Assembly (NCBI GenBank): GCA_050273025.1
Contig: CP158636.1
Coordinates: forward strand, 2,852,001-2,916,000
Direction of reading: 5' to 3'
Origin: Cenococcum geophilum
Lineage: Eukaryota
DNA: 64,000 nucleotides
Numbering within the stretch: position 1 is the stretch's first letter; each line of letters starts with the position of its first letter. Positions 39,730 to 51,924 of this stretch are shown piece by piece. The position numbers were made by a program, and so were the translations under genes. The notes beneath the pieces are model-generated. The model was not told the DNA's origin, ran no database searches, and saw only the letters and a program-made list of their open reading frames with translations.

Positions 39730-42650
39730 CTACGGCTAGGCTAGTATAGTTTAGTTAGCCTAGGGGGGCGGAAATAAGGCGGCGGCCCTATATAGTACGC
39801 GTGGGAGACGGGTACGAGGTTAGGCGTTATAGGGGGGAGGTCTTAATTACTCTAGTTTTAGTCTTGGTTATAACGCCCTTAGCTGTTATATATGCGGTCG
39901 CATATACGTATAGTAAATGACTTAGGGTTAGGTGTTTTATTAGCTAACCTAGGTTAAGTGGGTATATATAGGGGACTTATAGTTCTAGCGGTGTTTGTTT
40001 TTTAGGGGATAAAGTAGTAGTTTAGTCTTCTAGAATCTCTACTTAGTTTACTGCGGATATTAGCTTACTAGTATTAGGCACCTCTTTTATTATTAGCTGA
40101 CGGTATTTAAGCGTTAGCTGTATAATACGTCCGCGTAGTACTACTTGGTTATAGTTAGGAATATACTATAGAAGATAGTTATAGGCATAGTAATTAGAGT
40201 TAAACTTAAGCTCTAGGGCGGGGAAGTCTGCCCTTAGGTTATGCTTTTTAAGCTAGGGCATTTTAAGAATTACTAGTATAGAGGGTAATAACTTTATAAC
40301 GTAGAAGAGTATAGATTCTATATAGTAGCTAATTATTATTATTGCTATAAAGTAGTAGGTAATAAACCCGGATGGGAGTCTATTAGTAAAGTGGAGTGGT
40401 TTTAGAACTAGGAGTCTTTTCGTTATAATATTATGCTTTTTTATAAGTAAGTCTTTATCTATAAACGCTGGTGCTATACTACTAGTATTAATAAGGCTTA
40501 CTGTTTTAATAAGAACTTATAGAAGTAGGTTATGCGGTAAGGAGAGGTAGGTCTAAATAAGGATGGTATTTCTATCGCTATTTACTATTCTAAGGTTAAG
40601 TAGTAGCTAGCTTAAAATAAGGTCTAACTAATCTAGTAGCATAGATCTAATCCTTTTATCCTCCTCCCTGTATAGTTCTAACCCTTAAAGGCGACTTAGT
40701 CTAAGGGTTGGCCTTTTAATGGCTAAATTATAGGGCTTAGCTGGTAGCTATGGTCTTAGCTAATATGTCCTAATATATTAGTTTTTGACGGTGTATATAT
40801 GCTAGAGGGTACTTTACTAATAATATAGCTGGTCTTATAATTGGTAGTAGTATAGAGTACTTATCCGTAGTTTGCGTATAGAACTATTAGCTGAGGCTAT
40901 ATTAGGGAAGGGAATTATAGGGGCGGGTTTTTGTGTCCGAACCTATGTCCTTATCTATAGTTACCGCCTTAATTACTATCCCCTCTATTAAAGAATCCGC
41001 CGTGGCTAGGAGGGGGTTAGCATAGTAGTATTAAAAGGGGGTTTAGGTTCTTCTGGGGGTTATAAGCATCTTTTTAGTAGCTAGGTTAACCACACGCTAT
41101 ATAGAGTCTATTATCTATATAATATCTTTAGATGTTATTAGGGAGACTATTACTACCGCTGCTAAACTTAACGGCGTTAAGGTTTATTAGGTTATTCTAC
41201 AGTAATATAGGTTAGTAGCCGCTAGCGGTACTTAGCTTAGCGGTATTTAGCTTAGTGTAGTAGGTATAGTTCTATAGGTTATAAGCGAATACATCTATCT
41301 ACTCGCTCCAGCTTTTACAGTTAGTATTATCAATCTTATGGCTAAGGGTAAGAGCCAGGTCCTTTATCTTAGAGGAAATATTCTTCTTAAGTAGATCCAC
41401 TTTTTACTCCTTAGCCTTGTTTACTTTAATTATTAACTTCTTAAGCTCTGCTTTCTAGAACTAGTAGTTACACTTACCTTAGCTTAAGGTATCTAGCTTA
41501 TTTTTAGCTGCTTGGGTTATATCTATAGTCTTATAGTGCTTCCTTATATATATATAAACATAGACTTTTAGTTAGAGAAGGTCTATTTACTTAAGTTATT
41601 TAGGTATATACGTAGCATATTAAGGCCATACTTAATATAGTTATAAGCCTTATTTATTAGCATGTCTGATATATAGAGGACTTTATCTATTAGGGTCTTA
41701 AAGCACTTTACATCCCTTTAGAAAACGCCTTAGATCTTTATTTCCTATATTTTAAAAATTTCTTACTTTTTAGTTAGTAATCCCTTGCTATTAAATAGGG
41801 TTAAATCTTTTACTTTACACTTTTTTTTATAGGGCTTAGTTAGAAAAGGAGAGCTAGTAGCGGTGTTCTTATCAGTAATAGTTTAGGTAAGTATAGTAAT
41901 CTAAAGGCTTAGACTTTATATGGTCTAAGTATTTATAAAGGCTTGCTGTTTATATTATTGTATATATAGTTTAAGTGTCTTAAGGGAGTTGATTCTGTGC
42001 TAAGCTTTTTTAAGTTAGGACTTTATAGTTTGGCCTTTATTATAAACGGCTTAGAGACCGGCTCTTAATGCTAGTTAGGAAAGTTATATATATAGAGAGG
42101 TGCTAGAAGGTTCCTGCCACGTTAAGGTCTTTAGGGTACTTTAGGCTACTCCTAATTGCCTAGGCAATATAGGTATAGGAGGTATTAAAAAGGCAGGTGA
42201 GTGCTTCGCGTATATTCGCTAATGGGGTATTATCTATATTATAGTCGCCTATTTTAAGGGATCTGTATAAGGCAATTAAAGTCTATAAGGCTGGCTGTAG
42301 TACTAAGATTGTTTATAACTATACTAGGGTTGTCTAGGACTTATAGTACGGTATTATTAGTTGCGCCAGGTCGTAATTATACTAGGAAAACAAAAATAAT
42401 AGACTAAAAAAAAAACAAAGGTTATAATAGGGCGCAATTAGGGATACTATAAACTATTATGGTGCTGCAATAAAGTAGACTAAATAACTACGTTATAGTA
42501 TAAAGAGAAGAAGAAGGTAAAAGGGGGTATTGTATATAAATAGTAGGGCCAGCCGCTAAGGCGCTAGTAGTGGGCTAGCTAATAGTAGGAAATAGTATAA
42601 GATAGTACGAGACAGTATAAAATAGTATGCGTTAGGTCAGTGCCGTAATA

Positions 42651-43786
42651 TTAGGCTGTGTTTTGCGGTATAAGGTTTATAGTCTTCCTTAGCTTAAGTT
42701 CCATTTTCCGTAAGTTATTCTTCTAGTTTATTAGTTTAGTATATCGTCCAATATTCCTAGCCTTTCTTTATAGCTGCGTAGGGCCTAAGTCCTCTATAGG
42801 GGACTTAACTGGGTTATTACCAACTTCTTAAGTCTTTAGTGCAGATAGTGTAATATAGGTAGTCTAAGGGCGGCGTAGTATACGGATCCGTTGCGGATTA
42901 AGTTATATATCCTTCTTAAAAGCCTAGTCCTTACGGCTTATATTAGCTTAGTAAATGGTATTTATCTACGGTTATATAAGGTTTTCTATTATAATACTAA
43001 TTTCTTTATAAAGGAAGGTGTTAGGGGTATAGTTTTGGGCTAGACAAGCCGTCTATTCCGTATATTAAGCTATAAACCTAAATAGGCTAGCTATTTTCTC
43101 CCTAAAATTATATTATAGCTTCTAAGGTCCGTAATAAGAAAGGGGATATTATATTACCTTCGCCTATTAACGCGGGGGCATATTTATAAAATACTTACAA
43201 TAAGTTGCCCTACCTATCCATTATACCTATAAATAGGAATTAGTTTAGGCAGATCTTCTATAAGTATATTAAGAAAATTAACCAGTTTTATAGCGCACTT
43301 TATATTAATTAAGGTAAAGGTATTTACTCTAAAGTTAGCTAAAGCAGAGGTTAAAACGTAATATTTATTACGGAATAAAGTATAAGGGATAGTACAACTT
43401 CTTTTACTAACTAGCCGACTTAGATTAATATATAATATATTAATTCCTTTTAACCCTAGAGAAGAGTCTTCCTTTAAGGTTCATCTTTTCCTAACTTTAT
43501 ACTATTCTCCTAAATTAATAAAACCTTGCTTATCTTTACCGCTATTAAGCAGTCCTTTATAAAGTAGTTTTTTTAGCCGTATAAAAAGCAAGCTCCTTAG
43601 TTACTAAGGGCTTATTTATAGGGGTTGCTATATATAGGCCTAAACAATAGGCCTATAGTAGGACTAGCTGTACAGCTAGCTACTAGGTTAGCGGCTGGCT
43701 ATATAGCTGACGTAGTAGGCGTTATAGGTTATACTAGGGTATTACGGGCCGTTCTTATATTACTTATAGCTTAATTTAAGGGATTC
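42651..43786 (-). pseudogene. Gypsy element E, protease and gag C-terminus with CCHC knuckle
   Basis: Minus-strand reading GACFLCG.K.HF.KDC near 43550-43600, with protease-like sequence downstream. Confidence 0.7.
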
Positions 43787-46700
43787 TGTTATAGGATACC
43801 CCTATAACACCTTATATATATCTACCTATTTCTACTAACTTAGTAACTAGAGACCAACTACAAGATAGCAATTTAATAGTAATCTGCGGCAATCTAATAA
43901 CAATCTGCCGCATTCTACTATATTCCACTAAGTTTTACTAAGTTTTACTAAATCTTACTAAGTTCTGCTAGGACTACCACCTAAATTCTATTCTACTTTA
44001 TGTATATATTAACTAAGCAACTAAGTCCATAATATATACCCTTTCCTTTTATTTTCCTACCTTCTTTCCTTATATAACGTCTTAACTTCCTTATATAGTT
44101 TATATATATAGCTTAATAATATCTACCTTACTATATATTATTGTCGCTTATACTTACTCTATAATACTATATTACGTTAACTACCTATACTACTATTAAT
44201 ATGCAAAATAAACCTAATGCCCCTATAATGGCCGCTAGTATTATATCCACACTCTAAAAATAATTAGTAGGGATATAGAAGTTTTTTATAGACGCCCTTA
44301 TATAAAACTAAGCTACTTTAAATTAATAATAAGCCGAATAAGAAATATAGTACTAGTAATTAATTAAGAACCTCTAAGAAGAAATCCGCACTCTTAAGAT
44401 GCCTATAATAGGGCCTTAAGACTAAATACTACCTCTAGAGATAAATATACGGAACGTAAGCCTCAAACCTATAGCAGCTATTTACCCTAAACTAACTACC
44501 ATACTATAATAACCCGAATAATTACCTAACCCTTTAATATTTATTAGTAAACAGTAAGAGCTTTAATTATTTCTAAGCTAGCTTAAGAATAAGTTAACTA
44601 GTAACGCTAACTATTACCTAACTAAAGCCAACTAACTCTATTACGCCCTAAGTTAACTAAAAAAAGAGGTAGCTAACCTTATTAAACCCCTTTAACTAAA
44701 CTTAGTATAAAGCCTAGTTATACTTCTAAAAGCTATATACAGTAATCTAAACTATTAAGCTACTACTTAGAGAAAGATAAACTATATAGCTTAAGGAACG
44801 AAAAGTTTCCTAGTATACTTCCTTAAATTTAACTGTTACGTAAGAGAGACTAGCTAGAATAACTCTACACTAGTTAATAGCCTTATTAAATTCCTAAGCC
44901 CTAAACTAAAAACCTCCCTAATAGGCGTAGACCTATTAGGAGCCCTTAATACCTATATAAATATTATTAATAAGCGGTATAATAATATACTACGCCTAAT
45001 ACTAAAGCCCGCCCCTTAATATAACATAGCAACCTTATAAACGTCTACTAAGTTATTATCTTAGCCTAGGCACCCTAACGTTATAGATATTAACACTAGA
45101 ACCCTAGAGTACGCCCTATTAGGGTCCCTTAAATAAGAAAGACGTATTAAGCTAGGCCTTTACTTTAAGTGTAGAAGTAAGAACTATATCTTAAAATACT
45201 ATCTTATTTCCTTACCTACGCCCTATTAGGGTCCCTTAAATAAAAAAGACGTATTAAGCTAGGCCTTTACTTTAAGTGTGGAAGTAAGAACTATATCTTA
45301 AAATACTATCTTATTTCCTTACCTACGCCCTAAAACAATTTATAAATAGCTAATATTAGCAACTATTTATTGCGCCTAATCTTAAGCTATTAATTATAGC
45401 CCTCCTTATCTAATTCTAGCCCTTTATTTAATAAGCACTATTAATAAGAATAAAGCTCTAACTAACGTCCTATAAGAACCCCGCCCTAATTACCTCTAAA
45501 AGAAAGGGTTTAAAGTTAAGTTACTTTCTAGGATAGCTCTACTATAGGATCTCGTTAAATGTATTTAATGTTATAAACTCTAACTCTTAGAACCGTAGTA
45601 TAACTATTAACTACCGCCTCTAGCAGAATAGTTAATAGGCTAACGCTTAAATCCTAATTAATATAGGAGCTAGCGGCATAGGATTTATTAACAAGATCTT
45701 TATATAAGATAATGGTTTTACTCTACCCCCCTTTAACCGGCATATTAATATATTTAGATTTAATTTTAATAGCAAACGTACTATCTTAGGCCGTATTACC
45801 TATATAGTAGCCCTAAGACTCTAATACCTAAACTATAAAGAACTATTTAAGCTTTTTATTACTACCCTAGGTTACCTAGTAATTCTTAACCAGCCTTAGA
45901 TAATGCTATATAAAGTAGTTATTAATTAAAATAACCTTAAGCTTCTATTTACTGCTCCGTATTATAAGTAGGAATACTTTATAATATACTATCCTAACCC
46001 TAAACTAAAATCTAAGAAATCTACTAAAATCTATTAGCTTAAGATTTCCACTAATATCTACCCTACGCCTAAGGAATTTACTAAATTCCACTAACCTAAA
46101 AATTCTACCAATTTCTACCAACGTAAGATTTCTACTTGTCTGTATAAGTAGAGGTTGTAAATAACGTTATACGCAGAGCGTATGCGGCAGGGACCGTATA
46201 GCGTAGCGTACATCACCTGACTACCTACGGCCCGATAGATAGCCCGACCTTTACTACCCCTTTTCTTTCTCTTTTAGTAAATAGAGAAAAGATACAAATG
46301 AGTTAAGAACCAGTTACCTTATATTGCAATTGCAGTACCCCCTAAGTGATACCGATACTAATCAGTAATATTATAGATTAGAATCCGGTGTTATTATAAA
46401 GAGAGACAACACGCAATCGCTCTTACTAAGGCCCGTCGATCTTGTCGCGTTTACTAAGGAGAACTCTTTCTACCAAGGCCCTGGGAACTTAAAGAACCGG
46501 CTCCTACTAAGGCTTCGTCCGGTTCGCGTCTATTACGTAAACTAATACCTAGTACGACCTCTTTACTAAGCCAGTATACCTAGCAGCTTCGGCAGTATCC
46601 TATAACCCAGCAGCGTTAGCGGCATCTACCTACCTATAACCCCGACACCGTCTACTACCTTCGTTACAGATCCGCCACGTCAAAAATTACATTAATAGCA

Positions 46701-49188
46701 CGCCCTAAACGCCGGCATATCCCCTTTTTTCCTATGGCCTTTATAAGCCACGAACACCATAACCTACACTACGATCTACGCCAGTTATATCCGACATAGA
46801 AATTTAACGTCTGCGCTAGGGTAATAGGATTGCCCTAACCAATAAGACTACTGTAGAAGATGTCACTAACTATATTAACTTTAAAATTAATAAGTATACT
46901 AAATGCAATTTTAAGGATAAAAGCCTATGGGAATTATACTAAGAGGACTTTGATAATTTTAAGGTATAAACATTTAAGGACGCTGATAGGTCTATACTTA
47001 AAAGACTTAAATAACTACTCTAACGTAATGGAGTATGGGTCTTTAATAAGAAGAGTAAATTAGTACTATAAGCACTATACGACGTCGCTTACGAGGACGA
47101 CCCTACGGAATGGTTAGATATAGAAATTAAGCTATTTATTAGCAATAAAGGACCCTTTAATTCGTATATTATCAACCATCGTCTTAAATTACGTTTATTA
47201 ACTCCTTTAACGTCATCTACTACCCTAACCCCAGCTTTCTTAAATAACCCTCCCCCTACGGCCAAGCTCCTCTCGCCTATAAACGTCACGGCTCCCTCTA
47301 TAAACGTTACGGCTCCCCCTATAAACGTTATAGCTCCTTCTATAAAAGTTATAGCCGCCATTAACTATGGTAGAGATTTAGTAACCCTAGTAAAGATATA
47401 TATAGAGGAAAGCAAATATAGTAGAGAGGATAATAACTTTAACCGCAAGCTTACGATTTTTAACGACCTGTATAATAGAGTTAAAATATTATAAGCGGCA
47501 AAGATTAAAGGCTTCCTAATAATGCTATGTAGTATTACTCTTAACTTCTACTATAAGAATAAGGCAACCTATATTACTTTTAATAGTATCTATAACGCTA
47601 TACGCAACTACTTTAAAGGACTAGAATATAAGCGTGGAGTTCTAATAAAGTGGAACGCTATAACCCTTAAGATAGTAATAATAAAAAGCGAAGGCAAGTC
47701 TATAGAGGACTGCCTACAGCTATTACTTAACGACCTCCGTTACTTATAGCATAGTCTTAACACTAACCTCTATAATAACAACTTCCTCTATAATAAGCTT
47801 ATCATCGCTTACTAAGACGTCGCTACTTACTAGGCAGTCTACTCTAACCTACCTACTACACTTACCGGCCTTATAAACAGCCTATAATCGTCAATTATTA
47901 CTTATAGGAAGATTAATAGTACTATAGAACAGCCCGCCAATGTATTCTTTACTAACCGTCGCTACTACTAACTAATATCCTAACCAAGTTTATTAAATAA
48001 TTATTATAGCAATAATGCTAGGACGTGCTTTGTGTGTAAGAAAGGAGACTATTAGTTAATTAAGTATACTAAAGAATAACGTAACAAAGCAAGAGAAGGA
48101 TTTAAGATATGTGTCCACCAGTACCTTATAGATAATAATATTAACGACAATTTTAACAAGGATATAACGGCTATAGCACTTAATATATTAACTCTAACTA
48201 CTACTAGCAGCAATTTCTTCTACAACGACTATAGTGTTAAGCACTTTATAACTTCAAATGGGCCAATATTAATTAAAACCGCTAAAAATATAGTCACATC
48301 TATAAACAACAATGCCTTTATCTACGGCCTTACTAGTAGTATAAAACCTAGTAATATAGAACCTAGTGGTATAGAACCTAGTAGTACGGAACCTAGTATA
48401 GTAAGGCGCAGTAATAAGGTTAATATAGAGAACCTTACGGTTAATATTGACTTCCTTAACTGTAATTTTAACGATAACGGATAGGATTCAGCCCTTCTAC
48501 CTATTTTCCCCTATGGATACCCCGGTAACACCTTGTACGCGCCTACCTGTTTCCACCACGATATCTACAATGTTCACGATATCCATAACGATATCCGCAA
48601 CGCCTGCAATATCCGTAATATTCGCAATACCTAAGATATCCGCGATTACTGCCCTAAGCACTTGTTGACCTATATACTTCTCTTTTATACTTTTTGCCTT
48701 CTTTCCTTTTTGTAAATGTCGCCAGTATTTGTATAAGTAGAGGTTATAAATAACGTTATACGCAGAGCGTATGCGGCAGGGGCCGTATAGCGTAGCGTAC
48801 GTCACCTAACTACCTACGGCCCGATAGATAGCCCGACCTTTGCTACCCCTTTTCTTTCTCTTTTAGTAAATAGAGAAAAGATACAAATAAATTAAGAACC
48901 AGTTACCTTATATTGCAATTACAGTACCCCCCAGGTAATACCGACACTACTAATATCTATTAAGGACGTAAAAATTCTACTAAACCTTATAAATTAATCC
49001 TAAGCACTATACCGCCTAAAACTAGGTAGAAGCTTAAGCTTACTATATAAAGATATTAGAAGAACTGGTATTTTACTATAAAAAGGATACTTAAAGAACC
49101 TAAACCTAAATCTAATACTAACTCCGTACCTAATACTAAACCTAAAATTAAGTAAGAAACTATATAAGAAACTATAAACAACTAGAGC
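43787..49188 (+). mobile_element. Gypsy family F: 5' LTR (43787-44166), gag from 44201, protease about 45650; truncated and interrupted by a Copia-like element
   Basis: The LTR recurs at 60022, 60449 and 61931. gag-like reading with CFKCGSKNH....C knuckle. LIDTGASG.GFI-like protease motif. Confidence 0.82.
46137..48946 (+). mobile_element. Non-autonomous LTR retrotransposon (gag only, probably Ty1/Copia lineage), 221-bp LTRs
   Basis: LTRs 46137-46357 and 48726-48946. TSD CTACT. Internal reading L..L.KIY.EE.KYSGE.DNF.RKL.IF.DLC...KWNAITL...CFVCKK..C resembles gag of ascomycete Copia-type elements (recalled, not searched). No pol. Confidence 0.8.
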
Positions 49189-51920
49189 TGTTAGCGACTT
49201 AGTTAATTAAGGCATAAGTATAGTAAGAAGGACGCATACAAGCCTGTATAATTAGATTGTCTAAAAATAAGGATTTAAAGCTAGAGAAAGAAAAGAAGAC
49301 AAGAAGTAGCGCCGCTTAACATTATATACAATCCTCTAGTTATATAACGGCAATTATCTAAAACTGTATAAAACTATCTGCGACTGTCCGCTATAATCCA
49401 CTAATATTTATTAGCCATAATCTACCAGTTTTTACTAGCGCTATAATACTATCCGCTATAATCTACTAGTGTCTATTAGCTACAATCTACTAGTTTCCAC
49501 TAGCGCTATAATATTCCCCCCCCCTTTAAAAAAGCCTACCCTTAGGCTTTATACGTCCGTATTATATCTATAGGGTATTCTTATCTTTATACTTAATAGG
49601 TAGCTTATTATCTTCGCTATTCTAGCACTTTATTTACTTATTAAGGTGCTTTAGGGGTCTAGGTTTATTAGGGTAACGGCTATAAAACTTCTAAAGCCTA
49701 TCCCTTAACACGTCAGTTTGCGTCCATCTATTATCGATAAGGACTAGCTAATTAAATTAACTAAATTAAATCGTCGTGCTTAGGAATATAAGGCTGGTGA
49801 TATTTATAAAATCTTATATAAAACGATCTATATAGCTTATTCCTTAGAGTTTAGTCGCTCAATATAAGGTAATTAGCACTCATCCTTTCTGCAGAACAGA
49901 ATCTGACATATTTTACACCCAAAATATATCCTCGGCGCCCGCTGGTGTTTTGGTGTTCCGCGCACAGGCCAGGTTCTAAATAGACGCTAACGTGTTAAGG
50001 GATAGAGACTACCTATAAAGTTCTATATAAGGTACTAAGTAGGGTCTAGGTCGTACCCTTTCCAATTAATATAATATTTTAACGTTCCCCTTATAAGCTT
50101 ACAGGCCAGTATTTCTTTAATTTCCTATTTATTGTCGCCATTAACTTAGATTAGTAGGGGAAGTTTATTCTTTTATTTAGGCAATAGGTTATTTACGGCT
50201 TTTTATAGCTTATCCGGAGAGAAAATAGGGTAAACCTTAATCAAATCTAGGAGCTTTACTTTATATAAGTTACCTATCTTCTTAAGAACCTTATATAGTC
50301 CTACTATCTAATAGTCTAACTTACGGCTAGGTCGTTCCGTCTTTTAGTTCTTTATTATAACCCAGACTATATCTTCTACGGTAAAGTTAGGCTCTCTCCT
50401 ATACTTATTTACCTGCTATTATATTAATTTCTAGGCCTTTTCTAGATTTATATAGGCTACTATCTAGGCTTCTTCTAAGCGCTTAGCGTACTACCGTGCT
50501 TCCTTATAAGATAGTTTTTCGTATACAGTTTAGGGTCCTTCTAGTCTTTCCCAGTTAAAGCTTATATAGGGTAAGTAGCCCATTTCCAGTTAAATAGGGG
50601 CAAATCCAGTAGAGTTGTAGGGTAAGGTCGCTTAGGCATAGTCTATTAGGGGTAGCAGTTCGGCCCAGTTATCTTAGAAGTAGTTAATAAAGGGCCAAAG
50701 TCTCTAATTTAAGTATTAATTTATAATTTCTGTCTATTTATCTAGGGGTAGTATGCTATAAAAAGCTTTAGCTTAATACTTAAGATCTAGGTAAACTTAT
50801 TCTAGAAAGCTAATATAAATTACGGCCTATAATCGGATATTATAGTATTTAGTAGTCCGTAGATTTAGTAGACGCAGTAGATATATAGTTAGGCCACTTC
50901 TTTAGCATTAATATTCTTATAATATAGGATTAAAAATAGGCGCTTACTAAAGCGGTTAACTAGAATTATAACCATATTATATCCGTTAGGGTTTATAGGT
51001 AGCTTATAGAAGTCTATAAAGATATACTGCTAGGGGCGTTCTAGTATTAGAAGTAGTTTTAATAGTCTTAGGGTCTTATTTTATGGGATTATAGATTTAT
51101 AGCAGCTGTTACAGTTCCGTATATAACGGTTAATATTTATAACTATTCCGGGCCAGTAGTAGCGGTTACTAATAATCTAATAGGTTTTATTTTTTCTAGG
51201 GTAGGCCGTAGAGACCTGGGTATAAGCTTTAGCAATAAGCCAGGTCCGTAAGTTCTATTTCTTAGCTACTACTAGCCGTTCCTAGTACTTAAGTAGTCCA
51301 TTTTTAAGGGACTATAGGCTGGTAATATTCTTTACCTTTTTACGGTACTCCTATAGAGAGGGGGTTATTTAGTTAGCCTATAGTAGTTTATTAATAAGGT
51401 TAAGTTTAAAGGAGTTAATAGGATATATTTTAGCGCCTAAGGAGTCCGTACTTAGTTCTGCCCGTATTTAGGGATTAAGGTGTTTTAGTTATAGTAACGT
51501 CTAGGTCTATAATAAGATCTTTATAGCTATCTAGTTATCTAGGTCTTATTTACGCCTTATAAGAGCATTCGCACGATTTATAGCGCCTAGTTTATATATA
51601 ATTAAGAAGTTAAACTAAGATAGGGTATCCGCCTAGCGTACCTACTAGGCCGTAAGAGCCTTATAATCTAAAACTACCTTAATCGGCTTAAGGGTCCCCT
51701 CTAGCTATATACGCTAGTGCTAAAAGCTAGAAATAATAGCCAGCATTTCTTTATTATAGATGTGGTAGTTTAGCTTAGCATTTATTATAGTCTTCAAATA
51801 GTATATAATAGGGTACCATTCTCTATCCAGTTACTTCTGTGAAAAAAATACCAGCTATTATACTATCTAAGGCATTAGTTTCTAGCATTAAGAGCCGTTT
51901 TAGGTTAAAATAAGTAAGAG
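49189..51920 (-). mobile_element. Gypsy chromovirus G, 3' part (3' LTR 49189-49513, chromodomain, integrase, RNase H), 5'-truncated
   Basis: TG..TA LTR followed by the reverse complement of a PPT (ttccccccccct). Chromodomain about 49640-50150. MLET.A.D RNase H motif near 51870. Confidence 0.85.
49702..50001. mobile_element. piggyBac-like MITE (300 bp)
   Basis: TIR CCCTTAACACGT and ACGTGTTAAGGG. AT on both flanks. Excision leaving one AT restores the host chromodomain frame. Confidence 0.85.
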
Positions 51921-51924
51921 TTAT

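Larger units (their letters stand above)
14209..42650 (-). mobile_element. Ty3/Gypsy chromovirus family C, complete but multiply interrupted (LTRs 14209-14404 and 42455-42650)
   Basis: Two 196-bp LTRs. Polypurine tract next to the left (3') LTR. TTAGGC on both flanks. Chromodomain about 14700-14920, integrase about 15500-16600, RT about 17650-18095 plus 38894-39150, protease about 40150-40560, gag about 40700-42250. Confidence 0.9.
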
